The notes beneath the pieces are model-generated. The model was not told the DNA's origin, ran no database searches, and saw only the letters and a program-made list of their open reading frames with translations. From contig WBXH01000002.1 of assembly GCA_008933015.1 (NCBI GenBank), positions 1 to 58,463 of the forward strand: DNA of 58,463 nucleotides, read 5' to 3'. How positions within the stretch are numbered: position 1 is the stretch's first letter; each line of letters starts with the position of its first letter. The DNA is from Verrucomicrobiota bacterium. Lineage in GTDB: Bacteria; Verrucomicrobiota; Verrucomicrobiia; Chthoniobacterales; UBA6821. The position numbers and the translations under genes were made by a program. Below, piece after piece: positions 21,038 through 31,162 of the stretch.

Positions 21038-21934
21038 ATGTCCATCCTCGTAACTCCCGACACCAGAGTCCTGATCCAGGGCATCACAGGAAGCTTCGGA
21101 GCCCGTCATGCCAGACTTAGCCTCGACTACGGCACGAAGGTCGTCGCCGGAGTCACTCCCGGCAAGGGGGGGCAACTTTTTGAAAACCAAGTCCCGATCT
21201 TCGATACCGTTGACCAGGCTGTCCGTGAGACTGGTGCCACCGTTTCCGCTGTATTCGTTCCACCTCCATTCGCGGCTGATGCCATCCTGGAGGGGGTCGA
21301 TGCCGGCCTCGATCTCGTGGTCGCCATCACCGAAGGCATTCCAGTCATCGACATGATGCGTGTTAAGGAGGCCATGAAGAGCTCCAAGACTCGCCTGATC
21401 GGTCCCAACTGCCCGGGACTTGTCACTCCCGGAACGGGTGAAAAGTCCCATGGCGGCTGCCGTATCGGCATCGCTCCCGGATACATCCACAAGAAGGGAT
21501 CCGTCGGCGTCGTCTCCCGCTCCGGCACGCTTACCTACGAGGCTGTCTGGCAACTCACCACACGCGGCTATGGACAGAGCACTTGCGTCGGCATCGGTGG
21601 GGATCCGATCAACGGCACCTCACACCTTGATGTGCTGAAAATGTTCAACGAGGACCCGGAAACAGAGGCTATCATCATGATCGGTGAGATCGGGGGATCG
21701 GCCGAGGAAGAGGCCGCTGCATGGGCTGCCCAACACTGCAAGAAGCCGATCGCAGGATTCATTGCGGGATCAACCGCCCCCGAAGGACGCCGAATGGGCC
21801 ATGCAGGAGCCATTGTGAGTGGGGGCCAGGGAACAGCAGAAGGGAAGATCGCCGCTTTCCGAGCAGCTGGCATTGAAATTGCCGAGACTCCCTCCGACAT
21901 GGCGGATGCACTCATCCGTCGGATAAAGCGCTAG
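21038..21934 (+). CDS. sucD: Succinate--CoA ligase alpha subunit
   Basis: [20 protein letters not shown] and the phospho-His loop MGHAGAIV, 298 aa. Confidence 0.92.
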   Translation: MSILVTPDTRVLIQGITGSFGARHARLSLDYGTKVVAGVTPGKGGQLFENQVPIFDTVDQAVRETGATVSAVFVPPPFAADAILEGVDAGLDLVVAITEGIPVIDMMRVKEAMKSSKTRLIGPNCPGLVTPGTGEKSHGGCRIGIAPGYIHKKGSVGVVSRSGTLTYEAVWQLTTRGYGQSTCVGIGGDPINGTSHLDVLKMFNEDPETEAIIMIGEIGGSAEEEAAAWAAQHCKKPIAGFIAGSTAPEGRRMGHAGAIVSGGQGTAEGKIAAFRAAGIEIAETPSDMADALIRRIKR

Positions 21935-21980
21935 TCATCATTTTCCAACCAATCCACTACTTGCCAAAAAGCCCACTCAC

Positions 21981-23111
21981 ATGACCGTCATCGCCAAAGG
22001 ACTCGAAGGTATCATCGCCAACTCCACAGCACTCAGCGATGTGCGAGGAGATGAGGGAACTTTAATCTACGCTGGTTACAACATCAATGAACTGGCCGGA
22101 AAGGTCAGTTACGAGGAGGTTGTTTACCTGCTTTGGCACGGAGAACTCCCCAACAAGGTTCAGCTTGAAGCCCTCCATGTGGAACTTGGTTCTCTGCGCG
22201 AACTTTCCCAAGGTGTCATTGATTTCATTCTGACGGCACCTAAGGACGCCAACCCCATGGATGTCATCCGTACCGGCATCTCCATGCTCGGACTCTATGA
22301 CAAGGTCCCGACGGGAGAGATCGATCCGGCAAAGAATCGCCACCGCGCAGCCTCTATCACCGCCAAGATCGGCGTCATTGCTGCCTACTACCATCGCGCA
22401 CGACTGGGCAAGGACCTTCCCCCTGTCCGCAAGGACCTCGGTGAGGCCACACACTTCCTCTATCTCCTCAACGGTGAGGAACCGACCGCAGAAGCCGCGA
22501 AGACGCTTGATGTCGCCTATGTCCTCCATGCCGACCACGGCATGAACGCCTCCACCTTCTCCGCACGCGTCACGATCGCCACCCTGAGCGACATCTACTC
22601 AGCCGTTACATCGGCCATCGGCACCCTCAAAGGCCCCCTTCACGGGGGAGCTAACGAGGGTGTGATCCACATGCTTCAGGAGATTGGTGATGAGACGAAA
22701 GTCGATGGATGGGTCGAGCAGGCCCTCGCGACCAAGAAGAAGGTCATGGGCATTGGTCACCGGGTGTATAAGACACTTGACCCCCGCGCCCCTCACCTCC
22801 GCTCCATGGCCATTCAACTTTGTGAACAACTCGGCGAAGGAAAGTGGATCCGCATGTCGGAGCGTATCGCTGAACTCATGAAGGAGCGCAAGGGCCTCAA
22901 TGCGAACGTCGATTTCTACTCGGCCACCGTCTACTACTCGCTAGGCCTACCGACCGACATGTTCACCCCGATCTTCGCGATCGCCCGCACTTCGGGATGG
23001 ACGGCTCATATTCTGGAGCAACTCGTCGACAACCGCCTCTACAGACCCCTCAGCGAGTACGTTGGCCCGGCAGTCGGCAAGATCGTTACTCCTTTAGAAC
23101 AGCGGGCTTAA
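21981..23111 (+). CDS. gltA: Citrate synthase (small, about 375-aa type)
   Basis: GLEGIIA N-terminus. The catalytic motifs are present: LHADHGMNAST, GIGHRVYKTLDPR, NVDFYS. Confidence 0.88.
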   Translation: MTVIAKGLEGIIANSTALSDVRGDEGTLIYAGYNINELAGKVSYEEVVYLLWHGELPNKVQLEALHVELGSLRELSQGVIDFILTAPKDANPMDVIRTGISMLGLYDKVPTGEIDPAKNRHRAASITAKIGVIAAYYHRARLGKDLPPVRKDLGEATHFLYLLNGEEPTAEAAKTLDVAYVLHADHGMNASTFSARVTIATLSDIYSAVTSAIGTLKGPLHGGANEGVIHMLQEIGDETKVDGWVEQALATKKKVMGIGHRVYKTLDPRAPHLRSMAIQLCEQLGEGKWIRMSERIAELMKERKGLNANVDFYSATVYYSLGLPTDMFTPIFAIARTSGWTAHILEQLVDNRLYRPLSEYVGPAVGKIVTPLEQRA

Positions 23112-23583
23112 AACAAGGTCGAAGAAGCCTGAGACGGGGTTCAATTCCCTTCACCCGATCCACCTCTAGATGCTGATAAAATAGTCCTCTAGAGCCGATT
23201 CAAAATCAGTGCAACCCAGAATGTAACCACTTTCTGGAAACGCCCTCCCGAAGTGGAATTGCCTTTAGTTGGTGCTTGAGATCCCAGTTTCCGGTATCGA
23301 TGCCCTCAAAATTTGTAGGACTCACGATCCATTGGGGATGGTCATATTTGTCCCTGTAGCAAAAACGATCGTTTTTTTAAACGCTTCCTCTCTGTGGAGA
23401 GATAGCATTAATTGGCGTTTAACTACTGACGCAAAACCCGTCTCCGAATCTAAGGCCAAGAGAGTAAGCAATCACGCTCTAGGTTTGGAAGCTTGAGCGC
23501 AGGATGAGGCCCGCGAGGAAAGGCGTAGTAGTCCTATGGCAACCGATAGCCAACGCTATTATCCACCAATTCTCACAAAGCCC

Positions 23584-24282
23584 CTACAACCCTGACGCGG
23601 CGGCAGTATCCGTGAGTAAGAGCGCATTCGCTTGATCAATTCTCCCACCGGGAATCGAGTGATCAGCAGCTTTGAGTTTCACGATCATCGGGATCTTTGC
23701 GGCACCCGTGGCAAGCCAAAGGATCTTACGGGAGCGATTGATCATCGGATAGGTCAGGGTCATGCGACGGCGATCCTGATAGCGGTGCACAGGATCCGTG
23801 AGCGCCACATCACGATCTGTGACTCCTAGAACAGGATCGTTCGGAACAAGCGAGGCCGTGTGTCCATCTGGACCTAGACCGAGGTGAGCCATATCCAATG
23901 TGGGTGGATTACCGCAGATCTCCTGCAGGACTCGCTCATACTCCTTGGCACCCTCCGCCGGATCGCCGGCATTCACCGGCATGGCGTGAATGTTCGCCTT
24001 CGGGATCGGGGCGTTACCCAAGAGACTTTCATGGAGATGAGTCAGGTTCCGGTCGGGGTCCCCCTGGGGAGCGATCCGTTCGTCGATCTGGAAGACATGG
24101 ACGTGGTCCCAAGGTACCTCTTCGGAAGCAAGATCCTTGAGCATGGCCCAAGGGGTCTTCCCACCGCTCACGGCAAGAGTGAAGACTCCTCGCACTGCCA
24201 CGGCAGCACGCGCCTCGGCGGCAATCACTACGGCCGCTCTCTTGGCTACTGCATCATCGTTGGCAAGAATCTCGATCTCCAT
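23584..24282 (-). CDS. pgl: 6-phosphogluconolactonase
   Basis: 232 aa. LAVSGGKTP and VHVFQIDERI are the Pgl/DevB signature. It lies directly downstream of pgi. Confidence 0.85.
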   Translation of the reverse strand: MEIEILANDDAVAKRAAVVIAAEARAAVAVRGVFTLAVSGGKTPWAMLKDLASEEVPWDHVHVFQIDERIAPQGDPDRNLTHLHESLLGNAPIPKANIHAMPVNAGDPAEGAKEYERVLQEICGNPPTLDMAHLGLGPDGHTASLVPNDPVLGVTDRDVALTDPVHRYQDRRRMTLTYPMINRSRKILWLATGAAKIPMIVKLKAADHSIPGGRIDQANALLLTDTAAASGL

Positions 24283-24303
24283 GGGACAATAATTTGATGT
24301 CTT

Positions 24304-25926
24304 TTACTTATTCGCCCGGTAGCGGCGGATCAGCGCGTTCGTGGAACTGTCATGCTTGAGATCCGGCTCGGTGGGTGACTCCAGTTCGGGGATGATGTGC
24401 TGTGCAAGCTGCTTGCCAAGCTCGACGCCCCACTGGTCGAACGAATTGATTCCCCAGACGGCACCCTGCGTGAAGACGGAGTGCTCGTAGAGAGCCACCA
24501 GAGTTCCGAGCGTATGCGGGTCGAGTTTATCCGCCATGATGACATTCGAGGGACGGTTCCCCTCGAAGACACGGTGAGGGTTGAGCCAATCGGGCGTCCC
24601 CTCCGCCTTCACCTGCTCCGGCGTCTTTCCAAAGGCCAGCGCCTCGGCCTGCGCAAAGATATTCGAGATGAGGTAATTGTGGTGGTGCCCAAGTGTGTTC
24701 AGCGCCTTGTAGAAGCCGATGAAATCACACGGGATGAGTCGGGTCCCCTGATGGATAAGCTGGTAAAAGGAGTGCTGGCCGTTCGTGCCAGGCTCGCCCC
24801 AGTAGATCGGACCCGTGTCGGCCGAGACATGCTCGCCGTCTAGGCGGATGGACTTGCCATTGCTTTCCATAGTGAGTTGTTGCAGATAAGCCGGGAAGCG
24901 CTTGAGGTACTGCTCGTAAGGGAGTACGGCGATGCTCTGGGCACCGAAGAAATCGTTGTACCAGACGGCCAGAAGGCCGAGGAGAACGGGAAGATTCTTA
25001 TCGAGGGGCGTCGCGCGGAAGTGCTCATCCATGGCATGGAAGCCGGCAAGGAGGTCGGAGAAGTTCCTCGGCCCGATGGCGATCATGGTCGAGAGACCGA
25101 TGGCGGAATCCATCGAGTAGCGACCGCCGACCCAATCCCAGAAACCAAACATGTTAGCGGTGTCTATGCCGAACTCGGAGACCTTTGCAGCGTTTGTCGA
25201 AACAGCGACGAAGTGCTTGGCGACAGCCTTCACGTCACCACCAAGGCCAGCCAGTGACCAGTCACGTGCGGTGTGCGCATTGGTCATGGTCTCCAGCGTG
25301 GTGAAGGTCTTTGAGGAGATAATGAAAAGTGTCTCGGCAGGATCGAGATCACGGACGGCCTCGGCGAAGTCGGTACCATCGACGTTCGAGACGAAGCGGA
25401 AGGTCATCGCCCGGTCGCTGTAATGACGGAGCGCCTCATAGGCCATCACCGGGCCCAGGTCGGAGCCGCCGATGCCTACATTGATGACATTCCTGATCCT
25501 CTTGCCGGTGTGCCCCTTCCACTCACCACTACGGATGCGATCCGCGAAGGCTCCCATCTCCCCAAGCACCTTGTGCACCTCGGGAACGACATCAACACCA
25601 TCAACCTTAATCACTTCACCCTTGGGAGCGCGTAGGGCGACATGGAGAACCGCACGGTCCTCGGTGATATTGATCTTCTCCCCGGCAAACATCTTGTCGC
25701 GATGGGCCTCAAGGCCACACTCCTTGGCGAGGTCAACCAAGAGCTTGAGGGTCTCGTCGGTAACTCGGTTCTTGGAGTAGTCGAGGAAGATCCCGCAGGC
25801 CTCGGCATTCAGGCGCTCACCGCGCGAAGGGTCAGCGGCAAAGAGTTCCTTGAGGGTGGTTTTGGCGATCTGGTCGCGGTTGGCTACAAGAGCCTTCCAT
25901 GCTGGGAGTTGGGTGGGATTGGACAT
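24304..25926 (-). CDS. pgi: Glucose-6-phosphate isomerase
   Basis: 540 aa. [21 protein letters not shown] and [19 protein letters not shown] are the PGI signatures. Confidence 0.95.
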   Translation of the reverse strand: MSNPTQLPAWKALVANRDQIAKTTLKELFAADPSRGERLNAEACGIFLDYSKNRVTDETLKLLVDLAKECGLEAHRDKMFAGEKINITEDRAVLHVALRAPKGEVIKVDGVDVVPEVHKVLGEMGAFADRIRSGEWKGHTGKRIRNVINVGIGGSDLGPVMAYEALRHYSDRAMTFRFVSNVDGTDFAEAVRDLDPAETLFIISSKTFTTLETMTNAHTARDWSLAGLGGDVKAVAKHFVAVSTNAAKVSEFGIDTANMFGFWDWVGGRYSMDSAIGLSTMIAIGPRNFSDLLAGFHAMDEHFRATPLDKNLPVLLGLLAVWYNDFFGAQSIAVLPYEQYLKRFPAYLQQLTMESNGKSIRLDGEHVSADTGPIYWGEPGTNGQHSFYQLIHQGTRLIPCDFIGFYKALNTLGHHHNYLISNIFAQAEALAFGKTPEQVKAEGTPDWLNPHRVFEGNRPSNVIMADKLDPHTLGTLVALYEHSVFTQGAVWGINSFDQWGVELGKQLAQHIIPELESPTEPDLKHDSSTNALIRRYRANK

Positions 25927-26024
25927 GCGCGTTAAGATTTAGGGTTAAGAGGAGGGAATATTTCGATCCTTGGAGCAACTGCAGGAGTTGCCAGTCAGAA
26001 GAAGCCAACTAAAATGAAGGGCAA

Positions 26025-26504
26025 ATGGCAACTGACAATCCCGCCACAGATCAAACCTTCCCACAACTGGAAGGGGAAAGTCGCCTTGCCTGCTCTCTCC
26101 AGGAGACCTCCTCCCTTGCCGAGGAACTGCTCCCGCTGATGCTGAAAGCGGGAGTTGTGAGTTTGGAGGGGCCTCTGGGAGCAGGAAAAACCCACTTTGT
26201 GAAAGCCACGGCACGCGCCTTAGGAATCAATGAGGATGTGACCAGCCCCACCTTCACTCTCTTACAAAGCTACGGTTCAGGGGATCAGCAACTCCATCAT
26301 TCCGACTGGTATCGCCTGGATTCTGCTGCCGAAGCGCTGGCACTCAGCTTGGAGGAGTATTACGGTGAAGGAGTGATGTTCATTGAGTGGGGGAACAAGT
26401 TTCCCGAACTTCTCCCCCCTGGTGCTCTGCGGATTCAAATCATGCCTCATTCCGATGACTCAAGGATGATTCGCTGGAGTAAACACCTAGAAGGATCCCT
26501 GTAG
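26025..26504 (+). CDS. tsaE: tRNA t6A37 biosynthesis ATPase TsaE
   Basis: Walker A in the LEGPLGAGKTHFVK context, TSPTFTLLQSY, HSDWYRL. Confidence 0.8.
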   Translation: MATDNPATDQTFPQLEGESRLACSLQETSSLAEELLPLMLKAGVVSLEGPLGAGKTHFVKATARALGINEDVTSPTFTLLQSYGSGDQQLHHSDWYRLDSAAEALALSLEEYYGEGVMFIEWGNKFPELLPPGALRIQIMPHSDDSRMIRWSKHLEGSL

Positions 26505-26505
26505 C

Positions 26506-27147
26506 GTGAAGATTCTTTCCCTAGACTCGTCCACTGGGGTGACCTCGGTAGCTTTCTTAATCTGTGAAAACGGAGCCGCCGAGACGGGCTATCGTTGCGA
26601 CACACCGCACGCACGCTCCGACTCCTCGTCACTCTTTCAAAGCCTGCAGGCCGCTGTGACAAAATGCGGCAAACCGGATGCCATCTGCGTGGGACTGGGG
26701 CCCGGATCCTACAATGGCCTGAGAGCCGGTATTGCAACCGCGCGCTCTTTTGCAACCGCTGGGGAGGTACCTCTCCATGCCTACCCCTCCCCGTTGGCTA
26801 TGAGAGCAAAGGGTGCCATAACCGGACCCGATTCTGGATTCTGGGCTACAGGTGATGCCCGTGGTGGGCACTACTGGGTGGCCGCCATTGAGAACGGGGA
26901 GTTTCTGGAAAGGCCCCGCCTTCTTTCTCCACTCGAGGCCGTTGGTCATTTCCATTCCAGGCCCCGCTTCCCGATTCTCTCGTCGACTCCCCTCGATGGC
27001 ATTACGGATCTGATCATCGCTTTCCCCGATGCCGGACGGCTTGCCATCTTGGCCGAAAAAGGAGATCCCTGTGGCCCGACAGAAACTCCGGAACCGCTCT
27101 ACCTGAAGCCTCCCCACATCACGATGCCCCGAGCCTCCCTCCAATGA
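26506..27147 (+). CDS. tsaB: tRNA t6A37 biosynthesis protein TsaB
   Basis: MKILSLDSSTG N-terminus and GLGPGSYNGLRAGIATA. It has a GTG start 2 nt after the tsaE stop. Confidence 0.75.
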   Translation: MKILSLDSSTGVTSVAFLICENGAAETGYRCDTPHARSDSSSLFQSLQAAVTKCGKPDAICVGLGPGSYNGLRAGIATARSFATAGEVPLHAYPSPLAMRAKGAITGPDSGFWATGDARGGHYWVAAIENGEFLERPRLLSPLEAVGHFHSRPRFPILSSTPLDGITDLIIAFPDAGRLAILAEKGDPCGPTETPEPLYLKPPHITMPRASLQ

Positions 27148-29063
27148 GAGTACGATTCCTGATACCAGTCTTCTTGCAAACTCTTGCTTGCCTCCCGTGC
27201 GGGGCCCAGATGAACAATGGAACGAATGCCCCCATGGATGAAAATCCCAAGCCAACATGGGAGACCCAGAAGCAGGCAAGGACCTTCCAATTAGGCATTC
27301 CGGCACCAAGGGGACAGATCACCGACCGCAACGGGTATCCCTTTGCCCAGAACAGACTGAGCTACAATCTGGCGCTCCAGTTCCCCTCCCCTCTGACTTG
27401 GAATAATGCCAAGGTTATTGCCTTTGCACGGCAGCAAATCACGTTTGCCAGAGGACTTCTGCAACGCAACATCTCGGTCAGCGATCGGGCGATTCTGAAT
27501 CATTACCACAACCGTGGACTCCTTCCGCTGATCCTCCTTGAGGACCTGCAACCCGAAGAACTCGCCATGGCCCAGCAGGGACTCACCAGCGCCCTGGTGC
27601 TGCAGGAGGTCTACGCTCGCTTCTATCCGAACGGGGAACTCGCCTCTCACATGATCGGATACACGGGCAAGGAGGCCCCTCTCTCCATCCGCCCCATCGA
27701 GAACAACGACCTGATCTTCAGCGAGAGCCAAGGTCGCGAGGGGATCGAGCAAACCTTTGACTACCAACTCAAGGGCCAACCGGGGAGTCTTCATATCACC
27801 TACGACGCCGATGGGAAGAAAACCTCCGAGCGGATCGCCCAGCCCCCCATTCCCGGTGAAAATGTCATCACAACCCTTGATCAGAACCTCCAACGCATCT
27901 GTGAAAAAGTGCTGAAGGAAAACTGCAAGCGGGGTGCCATTGTAATCATAGATCCCTGGACGGGCGAGATCCATGCCATGGCTTCGTGGCCCGAATACAA
28001 TCCCAACCACTTCGTTCCCATTCTGAATCCCGATATTTACAAACAACTCAGTGAGGATCCCTCCACACCACTCCTGCCCCGGGCTTTCCGCTCAGCTTAT
28101 CCACCCGGATCAACTTTCAAGACATTCGTCGGTCTCTCGGGATTCGAGTCGGGTAAACTGACAGCCAATGATACCTACAGCGGCCCCACTGCCATCGACA
28201 TCGGTAACTTCACCTTCCACAACTGGAAGAAGACCGATGCCGGCCGACTTAATTTCGTCGAGGCACTGACCCAGTCGTGTAATACGTGGTTCATTCAGGC
28301 GGGTATCAAGATCGGGGCTCCGAATATCATCGAATGGGCCAACCGCGTAGGGCTTGGAAAGAAAACAGGGATCCCGCTCAAAGGGGAAGCCCAAGGCAAC
28401 ATCCCCAACGATGACTACATGCTCCGGGTTCAAAAACGGAAAATTCTTAAAGGGGATGTGGCCAACATGAGTATTGGTCAGGGAGATATCGTGATCACCC
28501 CGCTCCAGATGGCACAGGCTTACGGAGTTATCGCCACAGGAGGGCAGTTTCACCAGACCCGTCTCGTGAAGCAGATCCAAGGACTCGATAACAAGGTTCT
28601 CTCAGCCTATCCCGACCGCCTGCGCGATAATATTCAGATCAAGTCCGAGGATATGGAAACACTTCGCAAGGCCCTCATCGCAGTCACCGAAGACGGTCAG
28701 GGCACCGCCCATCATGCTCAAGTCAAGGGAACCACAGTGGCCGGCAAGACGGGCACTGCCCAGTGGGGCCCTACGAACAAACAACGCACCGCCGCATGGT
28801 TCGCGGGATTCGTTCCAGCAGAACATCCCCAGTATGCTTTTGCAGCCGTCTATGAGGGGGAACCGGGTGACAACACCATCCACGGAGGGAGTCACGCGGC
28901 TCCGCTCATCGGTAAAGTTCTTCAAGAGGTCTACGGAGTAAAGGAAACGAAAGATCCAATCTCTCCGGCGGACCAAAAAGATACCACCAACTCCACCAAC
29001 CCCAGTAGTCAGAGCGACTCCACGATGAAGCCCGATCAAGAACCTGTGGACCAGTCGAACTGA
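27144..29063 (+). CDS. mrdA: Class B penicillin-binding protein 2 (elongation transpeptidase)
   Basis: RGQITDRNG and the transpeptidase motifs GSTFKTF (SxxK), SCN (SxN), KTGTAQW (KTG). It overlaps the tsaB stop by 4 nt. No rodA follows it. Confidence 0.85.
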   Translation: MRVRFLIPVFLQTLACLPCGAQMNNGTNAPMDENPKPTWETQKQARTFQLGIPAPRGQITDRNGYPFAQNRLSYNLALQFPSPLTWNNAKVIAFARQQITFARGLLQRNISVSDRAILNHYHNRGLLPLILLEDLQPEELAMAQQGLTSALVLQEVYARFYPNGELASHMIGYTGKEAPLSIRPIENNDLIFSESQGREGIEQTFDYQLKGQPGSLHITYDADGKKTSERIAQPPIPGENVITTLDQNLQRICEKVLKENCKRGAIVIIDPWTGEIHAMASWPEYNPNHFVPILNPDIYKQLSEDPSTPLLPRAFRSAYPPGSTFKTFVGLSGFESGKLTANDTYSGPTAIDIGNFTFHNWKKTDAGRLNFVEALTQSCNTWFIQAGIKIGAPNIIEWANRVGLGKKTGIPLKGEAQGNIPNDDYMLRVQKRKILKGDVANMSIGQGDIVITPLQMAQAYGVIATGGQFHQTRLVKQIQGLDNKVLSAYPDRLRDNIQIKSEDMETLRKALIAVTEDGQGTAHHAQVKGTTVAGKTGTAQWGPTNKQRTAAWFAGFVPAEHPQYAFAAVYEGEPGDNTIHGGSHAAPLIGKVLQEVYGVKETKDPISPADQKDTTNSTNPSSQSDSTMKPDQEPVDQSN

Positions 29064-29065
29064 TA

Positions 29066-29263
29066 CTAACGCAGGGAACCGCTGATCGTGGATCGGAGAA
29101 TAGCGTAAAATCGAGCCATGATTCCTTGGGCCATAAGCGATGGCTTACGAGCGGAAGGTTTTAACTCGGGGTATTTGGAGGCAAGATCTGAGAATCTTTT
29201 CAGGGCAGCCCACTGCCAGAGTTCGTCGGAGGAACGGATCGGTGTTTTGATGGCGCTTTTCAT
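29066..29263 (-). CDS. Hypothetical 65-aa basic protein co-oriented 18 nt downstream of lexA
   Basis: ATG-initiated ORF with genome-like codon composition and no TM segment. I recognise no family. Whether it codes is unproven. Confidence 0.4.
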   Translation of the reverse strand: MKSAIKTPIRSSDELWQWAALKRFSDLASKYPELKPSARKPSLMAQGIMARFYAILRSTISGSLR

Positions 29264-29281
29264 GAGTTGGGTGATGAGGTG

Positions 29282-29896
29282 CTAACGTTGCGGGTTGCTG
29301 CGGATGAGTGCTCGGAAAACCCCCTGGATAATCAGTTCACGCGCTGGGATCAGATCGGGGTACATCGTGTTCTCTGCCCGGAGAAAGGGAGCGTCACCCT
29401 CGATGAGGTAACGTTTGAGCGTCACATCGCCGTCAATCAATGCGGCGACGATGTCGCGATGCCTTGGCTCGGAGTGCTCGAGAATGACAATATCGCGCTC
29501 CAGGATCCCGGCGCCGATCATCGAATCACCCCTTACCTCGAGTGCAAAGGTTCTGGCACCCCTCGGAAGACGAATGATCGCAGGGTCAATCATCACGCAC
29601 CGGTCAGACTCTTGCACCTGCCCCTCGGGAATTCCTGCGGGTATCATTCCATAAACCGGAACCTCTACCAACTCTGGCCTTGGCTTAAAATCGGGTAGCA
29701 CGATGTTGCGAGAGCGCCCCGATTCACGACGTATGGCACCCTTCTTCTCCATGAGATCAAGATGACTCGCCACGGTCGCCGGGGAACTGAATCCGAATTT
29801 ACCCATGATCTCCCGCACGGAGGGTATCCGACCGCACTCCTCCGCGGAGTCGCGGATAAAAGAGAGAATTTGAGACTGTCGGAGGGTTAGATTCAT
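29282..29896 (-). CDS. lexA: LexA repressor
   Basis: Winged-helix N-terminus LTLRQSQILSFI, Ala-Gly cleavage site (IPAGIP), catalytic GDSM Ser and VTLKRY Lys. I place the start at MNLTL (29896) rather than at the track's GTG at 29938. Confidence 0.9.
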   Translation of the reverse strand: MNLTLRQSQILSFIRDSAEECGRIPSVREIMGKFGFSSPATVASHLDLMEKKGAIRRESGRSRNIVLPDFKPRPELVEVPVYGMIPAGIPEGQVQESDRCVMIDPAIIRLPRGARTFALEVRGDSMIGAGILERDIVILEHSEPRHRDIVAALIDGDVTLKRYLIEGDAPFLRAENTMYPDLIPARELIIQGVFRALIRSNPQR

Positions 29897-29923
29897 ATAC
29901 CGATCATTTGTTCGGTATATGAA
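29892..29923 (-). promoter_or_regulatory. Perfect 12-N8-12 inverted repeat over the lexA start codon (candidate LexA operator)
   Basis: TTCATATACCGA-tcatttgt-TCGGTATATGAA, read directly. The core on the coding strand is CGAACAAATGATCG. Confidence 0.55.
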
Positions 29924-30104
29924 ATTAAAGACCTGCACAAGGAGTTTTTTACAAAATCAGGGTAATCTTCCATTCATCAAGCAGTCACCCGTAATGATCA
30001 GGGAGAACCAGAAGGCGGTCTTGGATCCCAATGAAATAGGATCGACCAAAAAACAAATCCTACACCAAGAAGACTAACTCCTCATTGGTGCGCAAATCCC
30101 AAAC

Positions 30105-31031
30105 CTATTTATTCAACCCTTCCTGCTCAGCCAACGACTCAATCGGGTTGAAATCCGAGGCGTGGTAACTGCTACGAACGAGCGGCCCACTCGCCACATG
30201 AGTGAAGCCCTTCTTCCTGGCGATCTCGCCATACAAGGAAAATGTCTCGGGAGTGATGTACTCCACGACAGGAAGATGTTGGGGGCTGGGTCGCAGGTAC
30301 TGCCCCATGGTAAGGACGCTCACATTGGCCTCACGCAGGTCATCCATAGCCTGAAAGATCTCATTCTCCTGTTCACCAAGACCGAGCATGATACCGCTCT
30401 TGGTGACCATCTTTAATCTCTTTGCCTCGCCAAGTTCGCGGGCTCTCTTAAGGAAGTCGAGCGAGAGGCGGTACTTCGCACGGGAACGCACCATCGGTGT
30501 GAGCCGCTCAACGGTCTCAAGGTTGTGGTTAAAAATATGCGGCGCCGCATCGATGACTGTATGGAGCGAGGAGTCCTTGCCATTGAAGTCCGGAGTAAGA
30601 ATCTCGATAATAATCGAGCCATCCATGTCTCGAATTGCTTGGATTGTGCGGGCAAAATGCTCCGCGCCACCGTCCGGAATATCATCACGTGCAACGGCCG
30701 TAATGACGACGTGCTTGAGTTTCATTCGACGGACGGCCTCGGCGACGCGCTCCGGTTCATCGTGTTCAAGAGGGAAAGGCTTGGCGGTGTCGACGGCACA
30801 GAAGCCACAGGCCCTGGTGCACCGGTCACCCGCGATCATCATGGTTGCCGTACCACCACTCCAGCACTCCCAGCGATTCGGGCACTGCGCACTCTCGCAG
30901 ACAGTGTGCAGGCGGAGATCTGAGATCATCGCCTTGGTGGAGAAAAAAACAGGGTTGGAAGGAAGGCGAACCTTGATCCAGTCGGGCTTGCGCTCCTGAT
31001 GGAGGGAGGGATCAATTTTCGGAATAGCCAT
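30105..31031 (-). CDS. lipA: Lipoyl synthase
   Basis: Radical-SAM CxxxCxxC (CTRACGFC) plus the N-terminal cluster CESAQCPNRWEC, 308 aa. Confidence 0.95.
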   Translation of the reverse strand: MAIPKIDPSLHQERKPDWIKVRLPSNPVFFSTKAMISDLRLHTVCESAQCPNRWECWSGGTATMMIAGDRCTRACGFCAVDTAKPFPLEHDEPERVAEAVRRMKLKHVVITAVARDDIPDGGAEHFARTIQAIRDMDGSIIIEILTPDFNGKDSSLHTVIDAAPHIFNHNLETVERLTPMVRSRAKYRLSLDFLKRARELGEAKRLKMVTKSGIMLGLGEQENEIFQAMDDLREANVSVLTMGQYLRPSPQHLPVVEYITPETFSLYGEIARKKGFTHVASGPLVRSSYHASDFNPIESLAEQEGLNK

Positions 31032-31162
31032 GAAGCAACATCTTAAAACTTTCAGATTGAAAACGGAGAAAAAAATTCACTCTGTGGGAACCCCCTTAAA
31101 GAATCATTTTCGGCATCTCAGAGCCTCTGCGAAATAATCAATGGAAGCTTATTTACTGCCCC

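Noticed and set aside
19802-23111. The sucC-sucD-citrate synthase cluster as a citryl-CoA synthetase / citryl-CoA lyase (reductive TCA) module of the Hydrogenobacter type.
   Set aside because: The SucC and SucD sizes (396 and 298 aa) and motifs are those of ordinary succinyl-CoA synthetase. The third gene is a full-length citrate synthase (376 aa) with all catalytic His/Asp motifs, not the truncated CCL form. No other rTCA marker is in the window. Phylogeny would be needed to say more.
23269-23496. A 75-codon ORF inside the gltA-pgl gap considered as a real gene.
   Set aside because: It has no recognisable domain, an atypical composition and a GTG/TTG-type start, and it sits in a region that looks like decayed non-coding DNA. 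Treat it as non-coding unless expression data say otherwise.
29919-30077. A 52-codon ORF on the plus strand whose ATG lies in the mirror arm of the lexA palindrome, divergent from lexA in a layout like yneA in Bacillus.
   Set aside because: The ATG exists simply because the palindrome mirrors the lexA start. The ORF is AT-rich relative to neighbouring genes, has no TM or known domain, and runs through what looks like the lexA promoter. It is kept only as a remote possibility to test together with the lexA finding.
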